From Deltaproteobacteria bacterium (lineage in GTDB: Bacteria > Desulfobacterota_D > UBA1144 > Nemesobacterales > CSP1-2), in the NCBI GenBank assembly GCA_052390235.1, contig JBQTHB010000005.1:32001-96000 (forward strand): a stretch of DNA of 64,000 nucleotides. The letters run 5' to 3'. Within the stretch, counting starts at the first letter, position 1, and the number at the start of each line of letters is the position of its first letter. The translations under genes and the position numbers were made by a program. The notes below the pieces were generated by a model that saw only the letters and a list, made by a program, of their open reading frames with translations, did no database searches and was not told where the DNA came from. Positions 51,110-59,243 of this stretch are shown here, one piece after another.

Positions 51110-51144
51110 ACTCCTCAGCAAATACACTTTAGGAGGCAAATAAA

Positions 51145-51546
51145 ATGGCAGATATAAGAAAAGACATTAAGGTCGAGGACGTTACAGAGTTCTTCAAAGA
51201 CCTAAGCGGCTTGGTGAAAGAGAACTATCTCCTCACGCTCGACGCCTACCTCTCGGTTTGGGAGGAGAACCAGAAATTCGCCAACGCCCAGCTTGAGCAG
51301 TTCTACTCCTTTCAGAGAGAATACGCGGAGCAGGTAAAGACGAACTTCGAAAAACTCCCGAAACAGGTATCCGAGGTTTACACCAATAGCGGAGTTGACC
51401 GTATCGCCGCCGCTCAGAAGGAATACGTAAATCTCGTAAAGAGCGTATCCGATAAATTCACAAAGAGCTCGCTTGCCCTTAGCCAGAAATTGGCTGAAAA
51501 GGCGTTTTCGGCGTTCGACGAGCAGCTTAAGACGCTTAAGTATTAA
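51145..51546 (+). CDS. Probable phasin (PHA granule-associated protein)
   Basis: 133 aa amphipathic helical protein; strong SD AGGAGG; first gene of the PHA cluster. Confidence 0.6.
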   Translation: MADIRKDIKVEDVTEFFKDLSGLVKENYLLTLDAYLSVWEENQKFANAQLEQFYSFQREYAEQVKTNFEKLPKQVSEVYTNSGVDRIAAAQKEYVNLVKSVSDKFTKSSLALSQKLAEKAFSAFDEQLKTLKY

Positions 51547-51642
51547 TCCCTCATCGGGTAAACTAACATGGAGATGTGCTGGAACCAGGGCATATCTCCC
51601 GATGTTAGACCATCGGATTTCTCCTGAGGAGGCTGTTTGGCT

Positions 51643-52023
51643 ATGGGTACGAAAGATAAAGAGACAGAGTATTTCAGTTATTTTAGAAATCTCTATGAAT
51701 CTTGGGAAAAATCCACGTCTCACGCCCTTGAGTTATGGCTGAAAAGCCCTATATTCAACAACCGGATGGAAAAAGCGGTTGAAAAGTCCACTGAGTTCAG
51801 AAGCTATATGCAGGACGTAATGGAGAAGACGCTTAAATATAAAGTCCTTCCGAGCAGTACGGATATAGGCAAAATCGCCGACTCTCTCGATGCCCTGAAA
51901 GAGAGGCTTGCCGAGCTTGAAGAGAAAATATCCGAACTCGAATGGGGCGAAGAGCCTCCTCAAAGACCGAAGGCAGAGAAAGTAAAAACAAAGAGTAAGT
52001 CCGCTAACAAGGAGAGAAAATAA
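51643..52023 (+). CDS. Short PhaE/PhaR(class IV)-like PHA synthase accessory subunit (paralogue A)
   Basis: LYESW...WLKSP.F, LPSSTDI..I...L..L.ERL coiled coil, basic tail; SD GAGGAGG before ATG 51643. Confidence 0.65.
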   Translation: MGTKDKETEYFSYFRNLYESWEKSTSHALELWLKSPIFNNRMEKAVEKSTEFRSYMQDVMEKTLKYKVLPSSTDIGKIADSLDALKERLAELEEKISELEWGEEPPQRPKAEKVKTKSKSANKERK

Positions 52024-52025
52024 CT

Positions 52026-52487
52026 ATGAGTGAGCAAAAATTCGACTACACTGAGAATTACAAAAAGTTCTACGAGTCTTGGCAGAAGACCATGTCCGAA
52101 GCCGTTGAGACGTGGATGAAAAGCCCGTTTCTAAATAATCCCGCCGATGGGGGAGCGGCAAAGCCCTCGGAATTCGACCCGGTGGCGCAGTACAAGAAAT
52201 TCTACGAAACCTGGGAGAAGACCACATCCGAAGCCATGGAGGCTTGGCTAAAGAGTCCGCTCTTTGCCGCCAGCATGGGAAAAGCCATCGAGAAATCCTC
52301 TGATGTTAAAAAATATCTCGACGAAGTCATGGAAAAGAGCCTCAAAAATATGCACTTCCCCACTAAAAACGACATTGACCGCGTCTTAGCCTCCATTAAC
52401 AACGTTGAAGCCAAAATCAACGACCTGTGGGATAAAGTTGAGGATTTAAAAAAGCAGAAGGCAAAATCTAGCCCCAATTCTAACTAA
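52026..52487 (+). CDS. phaE: Short PhaE/PhaR(class IV)-like PHA synthase accessory subunit (paralogue B, internal repeat)
   Basis: KKFYE.W.KT.SEA.E.W.KSP occurs twice; PTKNDIDRV...INNVEAKI C-terminal motif; adjacent to phaC. Confidence 0.7.
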   Translation: MSEQKFDYTENYKKFYESWQKTMSEAVETWMKSPFLNNPADGGAAKPSEFDPVAQYKKFYETWEKTTSEAMEAWLKSPLFAASMGKAIEKSSDVKKYLDEVMEKSLKNMHFPTKNDIDRVLASINNVEAKINDLWDKVEDLKKQKAKSSPNSN

Positions 52488-52560
52488 TACCGAGAGTACG
52501 CAACGGCGGCTCTCTGCCGGGTGTTCATACCGTCAGAGGCGGCGCCGCGAGTATGTAGAT

Positions 52561-52618
52561 AAACCAACACGGAAACGTAGTGTAGGAGCTTAAAGCTACG
52601 GGGTGTTGGTTTGTTTTT
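52561..52618 (+). terminator. Terminator-like hairpin between phaE-like genes and phaC
   Basis: AAACCAACAC/GTGTTGGTTT perfect stem, inner CGTAG/CTACG, then GTTTTT. Confidence 0.5.
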
Positions 52619-52711
52619 ATAAAGCCCGTCGGGCGCGTTGTGTTCCGCCGATTTTCGGTTATATTCTAGTCGCGCGGGGAGTTGTAATCTTAAAGCAGGA
52701 GGCATTTTAAT

Positions 52712-53785
52712 ATGACAGCGAACTATCTTGAATCCATAATGCAGGAAAGCGAGAAAGTAAAACAGAAATTCCTAAAAAGCATCGAGCTTGCGCTCGTAAA
52801 TCCGCCTGAGGTCAAAGTGGGAATCACGCCGCACGAGGTCGTATTCTCAGAGAATAAACTCCGCCTTCTGCACTATCACCCGCACCCGCTCACGGAGAAA
52901 ACCTCGAATGTCCCTCTCATATTGGTATTCGCCCTAGTAAACCGCCCCTATATCATGGATTTAAAACCGGGCAGAAGTGTGGTCGAGGCTCTGCTCAAAA
53001 AAGGGATAGACGTATATCTGATTGACTGGGGAGTGCCTGGGGATGAGGACAAAAATCTCGGACTCAATCACTACATAAACCGCTACATGAAAAAGGTAGT
53101 CAACAGGGTCAAGGGCATCTCCGGCTCAGAGCAGGTGAGCCTTATGGGCTATTGCATGGGCGGGACGATGTCGGCAATGTACACGGCGATTCACCCGGAG
53201 GATGTTAAGAATCTGGTTCTCCTCACCGCCGGGATAGATTTTAAGGTTGACGGAATGCTGAACCTCTGGGGAGATAAGCCCAATTTCGACGTGGACAAAT
53301 TCGTAGAGGCTTTCGGAAACGTTCCGCCGGAGTTCCTGCAGACCGGGTTTCTCATCATGAAGCCGGTGCAGAATCTGGTGTCGAAATACGTCGGTTTCTA
53401 TGAGAACATAGAAAACGAGCAGTTTTTGGATAATTACTTCGCCATGGAGAAGTGGCTCAACGACAACATTCCAGTCGCAGGAGAGGTGTTCAGGGAATTC
53501 GTCAAATACTGCTATCAGGAGAATCAGCTCGTGGAGAGCAAGCTCAAAATCAACGGTAAAATCGTTGATTTGAAGCGGATAAAATGCTCCGTGCTAAACC
53601 TCATAGCCGAGCATGACCACCTAGTGCCGCCTCAGTCGAGCCTTGCACTGAAGAACCTCATCTCAAGCGAAGACCAAGAGAGCATAGTCTATCCCACAGG
53701 GCATATCGGTATGTCCGTAAGCAGTAAGACTCTAAAAGACCTCTGGCCCAGAGTCGCCGGCTGGCTCATCGAGAGATCTAGATAA
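52712..53785 (+). CDS. phaC: Class III polyhydroxyalkanoate synthase subunit PhaC
   Basis: 357 aa; TPHEVV, ALVNRPYIMDL, YLIDWG, lipase box GYCMGG, MEKWLND, DHLVPP, GHIG. Confidence 0.95.
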   Translation: MTANYLESIMQESEKVKQKFLKSIELALVNPPEVKVGITPHEVVFSENKLRLLHYHPHPLTEKTSNVPLILVFALVNRPYIMDLKPGRSVVEALLKKGIDVYLIDWGVPGDEDKNLGLNHYINRYMKKVVNRVKGISGSEQVSLMGYCMGGTMSAMYTAIHPEDVKNLVLLTAGIDFKVDGMLNLWGDKPNFDVDKFVEAFGNVPPEFLQTGFLIMKPVQNLVSKYVGFYENIENEQFLDNYFAMEKWLNDNIPVAGEVFREFVKYCYQENQLVESKLKINGKIVDLKRIKCSVLNLIAEHDHLVPPQSSLALKNLISSEDQESIVYPTGHIGMSVSSKTLKDLWPRVAGWLIERSR

Positions 53786-53811
53786 AAATTGGCAAAAACA
53801 ATACTGACCCG

Positions 53812-53849
53812 AGCGGAGCAGACCTGAAGCGGTTTGTTCCGCTTTTTTT
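53812..53849 (+). terminator. Rho-independent terminator after phaC
   Basis: AGCGGAGCAGACC/GGTTTGTTCCGCT stem followed by a T run. Confidence 0.8.
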
Positions 53850-54102
53850 ATTCAACCCGCACGCCACTTGCAACGAGCAGGCGCTCATCTGTCAATATAT
53901 AGCAATCTCAGGGGATTTTGGGCCGCGATGAGAGATAAATCCCATCAGCGCGCAACTGTCTCGAATAGAGTAGAAGTACCGCAGCTAAGGGAGTGCAGCA
54001 GCACAGTCCCTTAGCTGACCGAGGGGCTTCGGCGCACCTCTTCAGGCGCGCAAGCCGCCGCTCGATAAGCTCAGGGGGAATTGGGAAAGCGAAATTTCGG
54101 AT

Positions 54103-54864
54103 TTAAATATAATGTCCGCCGTTAATTCTAACGGTTGTTCCCGTAATCCAGCTTCCGGCGTTAGAGCAGAGATAGAGAACGCAGAGGGCAATTTCTTCAG
54201 GAGTGCCGAATCTGCCAAGGGGGATTTGCGTGAGAATCTGCTTTCTGATGTCCTCAGGCACGGTGCCGAGCATATCGGTCTCGATGAATCCTGGGGCTAT
54301 GGCGTTGACGCGGATTTTATTGCCGGCGAGCTCTCTTGCAAGGCTCTTGGTGAATCCCATGATACCGGCTTTGGTAGAGGCGTAGTTGGTCTGCCCGATG
54401 TTGCCCATCTCGCCGATGATGGATGAAATGGAGACGATAGAGCCGCCGTTGGGGTTTGCCGCCATAAGCTCGACTACTCCCTTGGTGCAGTTAAAGAGGC
54501 TGGAGAGGTTCGTCTGTATGACCTCGTTCCACTGCTCGATAGCCATTCTGCGGAACGTCCTGTCGCGGTTGACGCCGGCGTTGTTGACGAGGATGTCGAG
54601 CCTGCCGAAGTGGTTAGCAACGGCTTTGCCGAGGTTTTGAGCCTGCTCGTATTTGCTCACATCGGCGCGGATGGTTATACATTTTCTGCCCATTTTTTCG
54701 ATTTCTTTTTTGGCCTCGTCCGCCTGTTTGTCGCTACGGACGTAGTTGAGAGCGATGTCTGCTCCGCCCTCGGCAAGGGCGAGGGCAATTGATTTGCCGA
54801 TGCCTCTGGATGCCCCTGTAACGAGGGCGACTTTTCCACTTACATCATATAAATCCTTAATCAT
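54103..54864 (-). CDS. phaB: Acetoacetyl-CoA / 3-oxoacyl reductase (SDR), probable PhaB
   Basis: TGASRGIG, NNAGVNRD, GQTNYASTK, APGFIET; located in the PHA cluster (FabG not excluded). Confidence 0.8.
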   Translation of the reverse strand: MIKDLYDVSGKVALVTGASRGIGKSIALALAEGGADIALNYVRSDKQADEAKKEIEKMGRKCITIRADVSKYEQAQNLGKAVANHFGRLDILVNNAGVNRDRTFRRMAIEQWNEVIQTNLSSLFNCTKGVVELMAANPNGGSIVSISSIIGEMGNIGQTNYASTKAGIMGFTKSLARELAGNKIRVNAIAPGFIETDMLGTVPEDIRKQILTQIPLGRFGTPEEIALCVLYLCSNAGSWITGTTVRINGGHYI

Positions 54865-55005
54865 TTTAACACCTCCTGAAGTTTCTAAGTTTTAGATGAG
54901 TGATTTTAGGGTATGAGTTTTAACTTATCTTTGAAATTTGTCAAATGGATTTTGGAGCCGAAAGGCAGTGATTTTGAGAGGTTTTTCAAGGTCGCCGGGG
55001 GGAAT

Positions 55006-55632
55006 TCAAAGAGTTGCCGTCTTAGATTTGGCAGAGTGGCGGGGCTTGGCAGGCGGGTCGGATTCATCCATGGGCCCGTGCGCCGGGCTAATCTGGCTCT
55101 CAAGCTCGGCAACCCTCGCGCGCAGGAATTCGAGTTCCATAAGCATCGTCAGGGTAGAAGCCTGTAGCGGCGGTTCTCTTTTATCCTGCCCCTGCGATGG
55201 CTGATTGCGACGAAATTCAAACGGGTCAATAAATTTCGGACTCATCTGAGATTTCATTATCGAAGATATGCCCTTGTCGAAACTGAGGAGGTTTTTTCTC
55301 ATCTTCTCGCTGAAAACGAGGTAGGGCTGAAACACGATTACGAGGTAATTCTCAACAAATTCGACTGCCATTCGATAACCCTGCTTTATAAGCACGTGGA
55401 GGAAAACCTTGGACAGCGGGTACTCCATGGTTTTATTCTCTTCGCTCTCTAGGATTATCTGTATGAGGATGGGCTTTGTGATGTCCTCATCGGTTTCGGC
55501 GTCAAGTATTTTCACCTCTCCGCCGTCGGTTATGAAGGCAGCGATTTCCTCAAGCGTTACGAATTTCTTTCTGTCAACGCAGTAAAGCCGCCGATTGGAG
55601 TATTTTTTTATGAGAATCTGCTCGGTAGCCAA
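55006..55632 (-). CDS. phaR: PHA synthesis regulator PhaR (DNA-binding domain)
   Basis: IKKYSNRRLY...FVTLEEI..I..G...ILDAET.EDIT..IL.QII; TTG start. Confidence 0.88.
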   Translation of the reverse strand: MATEQILIKKYSNRRLYCVDRKKFVTLEEIAAFITDGGEVKILDAETDEDITKPILIQIILESEENKTMEYPLSKVFLHVLIKQGYRMAVEFVENYLVIVFQPYLVFSEKMRKNLLSFDKGISSIMKSQMSPKFIDPFEFRRNQPSQGQDKREPPLQASTLTMLMELEFLRARVAELESQISPAHGPMDESDPPAKPRHSAKSKTATL

Positions 55633-55781
55633 TTTATCCCCCTAAATTGCCCCCCACCCGATTTGCGGAGTGAAATTACCATAACTGCCAGCATTGTCAA
55701 AAATCACGGCTTGACTTTAATCTGCAAATTTGATAGAGGAAGTATCAACATCACAATCACAACAGAGACAGGAGGCGCCTC

Positions 55782-55985
55782 ATGGCTGTAGCAAGAATAA
55801 CCGAAGTAATAGGCTCGTCGGAGAAATCCTGGGACGACGCAGTTAATAACGCAATGGAGAGGGCTAATAAAACCCTCCGCGGTCTAACAGGAATAGAGGT
55901 TACCAAAATGAATGCCCGAGTTGACAACGGCAAGATTACCGAGTACCGGGCTCATATCAGAATTACTTTTATCCTGGAAGGATAG
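55782..55985 (+). CDS. Dodecin (flavin-binding)
   Basis: 67 aa; EVIGSSEKSWDDAV..A..RA.KTLR, G.ITEYR...ITF; SD AGGAGG. Confidence 0.92.
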   Translation: MAVARITEVIGSSEKSWDDAVNNAMERANKTLRGLTGIEVTKMNARVDNGKITEYRAHIRITFILEG

Positions 55986-56003
55986 TTCTCCTTCTTAAAT
56001 CAT

Positions 56004-56041
56004 CGCGGGGACGGCGTGGGCGCGAGCCTGCCGTCTTCGCG
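56004..56041. terminator. GC-rich hairpin between convergent dodecin and crotonase genes
   Basis: CGCGGGGACGGC/GCCGTCTTCGCG inverted repeat. Confidence 0.55.
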
Positions 56042-56043
56042 GT

Positions 56044-56829
56044 TTATCTGTCCTGGAAAGCCGGCTCTCTTTTCTGCAGAAACGCGGTCATCCCCTCGAC
56101 CCTGTCCTCGGAGTCAAAGCAGAGCGCGACCAGAGTTTTCTCCAAGAGCAGGGCTTTTTGCAAGTCCATCTCTGAGCCTGCGTTGATTGCGGTTTTTGCC
56201 ATTCTCACGGCTCTCGGGCCGCGCTTGGCGATTTTGTGGGCAAGCTCTCTAGCCTCGTCCATAACCTTGTCGTGAGGCACTACCTTCTCGACTAAGCCCA
56301 TTCTGAAAGCCTCGTGAGCGTCTATCATCTCGCCCGTGAAAACCAACTCCTTCGTCCTGCCAAGTCCGAGGATTCTCGTAACCCTCTGCGTGCCGCCCCA
56401 GCCGGGGAATATTCCGAGTTTCACCTCAGGGAATCCAAGGCGCGCCTTTTCAGATGCGATTCTAATGTCGCATGAGAGGGCAAGCTCGCAGCCGCCGCCG
56501 AGGGCATAGCCGTTTATTGCCGCTATCGAGGGACACTGGTCGCTTTCAATGAGTTGATACACTTTGTGGGCGAAATCCACGTAGTCCTGAAACTCGCGGT
56601 CTTTCATCTCGTTCATCTGAGCTATATCCGCCCCGGCGACAAAAGCCTTGTCTCCGGCGCCGGTAACGATGAGAGCCTTGAGATTTTCTTTGGGAAGCGT
56701 GTCTTCGAGGAACACTCTAAGTTCGCGAAGGGTCTGCCAATTAAGGGCGTTAAGCACTTTCGGGCGATTTATCGTAAGAACGCCTAAATCACCTGTCTCT
56801 CGTTGATACCCGATAAACTCAAATTCCAT
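56044..56829 (-). CDS. Enoyl-CoA hydratase / crotonase
   Basis: INRPKVLNAL, AFVAGADI, GYALGGGCEL, PEVKLGIFPGWGGTQR. Confidence 0.93.
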   Translation of the reverse strand: MEFEFIGYQRETGDLGVLTINRPKVLNALNWQTLRELRVFLEDTLPKENLKALIVTGAGDKAFVAGADIAQMNEMKDREFQDYVDFAHKVYQLIESDQCPSIAAINGYALGGGCELALSCDIRIASEKARLGFPEVKLGIFPGWGGTQRVTRILGLGRTKELVFTGEMIDAHEAFRMGLVEKVVPHDKVMDEARELAHKIAKRGPRAVRMAKTAINAGSEMDLQKALLLEKTLVALCFDSEDRVEGMTAFLQKREPAFQDR

Positions 56830-56866
56830 AAGACCGCCTCCCTAAACCGTAGTTTTCATCAGTGTA

Positions 56867-56920
56867 AATTTATCCCGAAGCGCAAAACATTGTCAACAGT
56901 TTACAACGCAAGTGCGAAAA
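56867..56920 (-). promoter_or_regulatory. sigma70 promoter of crotonase gene with candidate PhaR operator
   Basis: Minus strand TTTTCGCACTTGCGT-N9-TTGACA-N18-TAAATT; same architecture as the phasin promoter. Confidence 0.5.
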
Positions 56921-57137
56921 ATAGGACAGGGAATCTGCAAATGGCAAATTCGGCAGCGGGGAGAGCGAGAATTTATACGCCCCCTAGATTATTGCATATT
57001 TTATTTCTGAGGATATACCATTGAGCCTAGTTATATATTCAACTGCGAAGAGAAAACCACAATTCAGCGAAATTATACTACATCTAGGGAGCGGGATTCG
57101 CAGCCCCGCCCCCCCTCTTTCTGCAATCGGACACTAC

Positions 57138-58913
57138 TTAAATCGTAATAGTCGTGCCGTCAAATTTCGTAAAGGTAAATCCGCCGAACGGCTCCCTGTA
57201 GGTCGCCCTCTGGTCTCTGAGAATACTTATCGCAACCGCCTCGCCCAACAGGTTCGCCTCAGTGGCGTCGGTGCGCCAATGCACCCCTGCAATATTACGC
57301 CCCTGAGAGACATTAGAAGCTATCTTATTTAACTCGCCGCGCACCGTAAGAGGATCACCAACGTAAGGCACAAGCCCCGTGCCATCGGCAGTCGGCACAA
57401 CCGGGTTCGGAACAAAAGCCGCCTCATCAAACCAAGCCTTGAGAATCGTTACGCATGCTCCGGCAACAGTCGCATGGCCAGAGCCGTATGCGGTGTGCAT
57501 AGGAGAGCCTTCGGGAAACGCCATGGGGAGAAGAAGAGTTCCGTATTCGCTGAAAATGCTGTTCAACACGGGCGAGTTCAATAATTCGGAATTTATCGGG
57601 TAATTCGCCCCGCCCGTTGTATGGACTTCCACTCTGCCGCCAAATTCTTCGGGTCTAAGCCTGCGATGCACTAGCCACTTCTGATACCACACGGCTTTGA
57701 GCGCGCGCGATGAGACCTCAGTGAGCAGAGCCAAAATATGCGGCCCTCCGAACGTGGCGAAACCCACCTGGGATCTGGAGCCGGGAACTCCGGCGGGCAG
57801 AGGCCTGCCTGAGCCGGGGTCGGGGGTTTTGCCGTAAGGGTTGCCGGCATTAAAGGGCACGCCGTTGGCAAGGAGAACCAGGCAAGCCACGAAATACGCT
57901 TGATAGAGCGCGTCCACGTGGACGTATTGAGACAGGTCGCGCCCGTTGCGGCAGAAAACCGGACTGGGCAAAATGGTCTGTGCGAGGCTCGGCTGGCAGC
58001 CGTTTTGCACATCTAGCCAAGAGGCGAAGTCCGTCATGAAATCCACGGGGGTCGTAGTGAATATGCGCTGATCCACGGTTTGCGCGCCGAACGGGGCTGG
58101 CTTTAAGAGGAACTGAGAGATGTAGGGACCCGTTGTGCATCCTGGATATTTATCGCGAAAAAGGGTTTGAGTGTTTACCACCCCACCCTGTTTCGGCCCT
58201 CGGAAGTCTGAAAACCCGGATAAATCTGCCGCCGCCGCCGCCGCTATCGGGTTTATGTCGTAATCGAGGAAATTCACGTCTCTGAGGAGAGACATCCAGT
58301 AGAGTTCCGCCATTTCCCCAGCCTCTTCGGCGCTTGCAAATGCCGGAGCGGGGCGTACGGCGAGTTGATGCGAATCAGTCCCTTCGAGGTCGAATGCGTA
58401 GCCGGCTTGAGGGCTTACGAATCTGCGCTGGAGAGCCGGATTCGGGCATCCGAGGTGTCCGTTTGTTGCAAGGGATTCAAAATCCGAGAATTTTCCACTC
58501 GTAATTGCCGCAATTAGGGCGTTGTAGGACGAGGGGATAACCTCTCCTAGGGGATTGTGGCGAAGCCCCTTGGTGAAATTGCCGATTTTATTGGGATACA
58601 GAGCCTCGTCGCCGTTGCAGGGTTGAGGGGTCTTGCCGAGTTGTTTGTTGAAAATAGCGGCATCTTGGCGAATTTGAGCCGAGCGGTTTCGGCGTAGGCT
58701 CGCGGTTTCGGGACCAATAGCGGCGGCTTGCGCAACGGAGCCGTTTTGAGCCGTTAGGGAGGGCAGTCCTATGGAGGTAATGGCAATTGTCGCCGCGCTG
58801 ATGCCTCCCAGACTGCCTAAAAACTCTCGTCTGCTCGAAGATAAAACCCCGTCCTTATTTTCGATTTCCTGCTTTTCATTGATACTGCTTTCTTCCGTTT
58901 TTGCGTCTTTCAT
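57138..58913 (-). CDS. Tat-exported vanadium-dependent haloperoxidase (bromoperoxidase-type)
   Basis: SRREFL twin-arginine signal; vanadate motifs QKWLVHRRLRPE, HTAYGSGHA, RNIAGVHWRTD. Start ATG 58913 after GGAGGAG. Confidence 0.9.
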   Translation of the reverse strand: MKDAKTEESSINEKQEIENKDGVLSSSRREFLGSLGGISAATIAITSIGLPSLTAQNGSVAQAAAIGPETASLRRNRSAQIRQDAAIFNKQLGKTPQPCNGDEALYPNKIGNFTKGLRHNPLGEVIPSSYNALIAAITSGKFSDFESLATNGHLGCPNPALQRRFVSPQAGYAFDLEGTDSHQLAVRPAPAFASAEEAGEMAELYWMSLLRDVNFLDYDINPIAAAAAADLSGFSDFRGPKQGGVVNTQTLFRDKYPGCTTGPYISQFLLKPAPFGAQTVDQRIFTTTPVDFMTDFASWLDVQNGCQPSLAQTILPSPVFCRNGRDLSQYVHVDALYQAYFVACLVLLANGVPFNAGNPYGKTPDPGSGRPLPAGVPGSRSQVGFATFGGPHILALLTEVSSRALKAVWYQKWLVHRRLRPEEFGGRVEVHTTGGANYPINSELLNSPVLNSIFSEYGTLLLPMAFPEGSPMHTAYGSGHATVAGACVTILKAWFDEAAFVPNPVVPTADGTGLVPYVGDPLTVRGELNKIASNVSQGRNIAGVHWRTDATEANLLGEAVAISILRDQRATYREPFGGFTFTKFDGTTITI

Positions 58914-58995
58914 TTTACTCTCCTCCGATGATTTGCATTTCAATGCCGCCCGCGCCTTCTATAGACCGACAGATTCGCAAACTGGCCTATCGGAG

Positions 58996-59055
58996 TCAGA
59001 AAATATTAGCCCTTGAATGGAAAAACCATTGAATAGAACAGACTGCTAAGAGCAT
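58996..59055 (-). CDS. Candidate 19-aa small ORF upstream of the haloperoxidase (MLLAVCSIQWFFHSRANIF)
   Basis: AAGGAGGAG SD 7 nt before ATG 59055; TGA at 58998-58996; below the ORF-track cutoff. Confidence 0.35.
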   Translation of the reverse strand: MLLAVCSIQWFFHSRANIF

Positions 59056-59134
59056 TATCTCGCTCCTCCTTTATGGGAGAATTCAATGCCTTAGATATAG
59101 AAATGAAAAGAAATGTTCCCGGAATAAAAAGAAT

Positions 59135-59175
59135 ACTAATCACTAATCACTAATCACTAATCACTAATCACTAAT
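59135..59175. repeat. Heptamer tandem repeat (ACTAATC)x5 + ACTAAT
   Basis: Perfect 41-nt array read directly from the sequence. Confidence 0.97.
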
Positions 59176-59243
59176 AAAAATTAACGATAAGCCATGATTA
59201 GAGGGTTGTCAAGAGGGTGGGTACTGCGCGTATTACTGCCGCC

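Noticed and set aside
59135..59175. CRISPR array
   Set aside because: 7-nt unit with no spacers and no cas genes.
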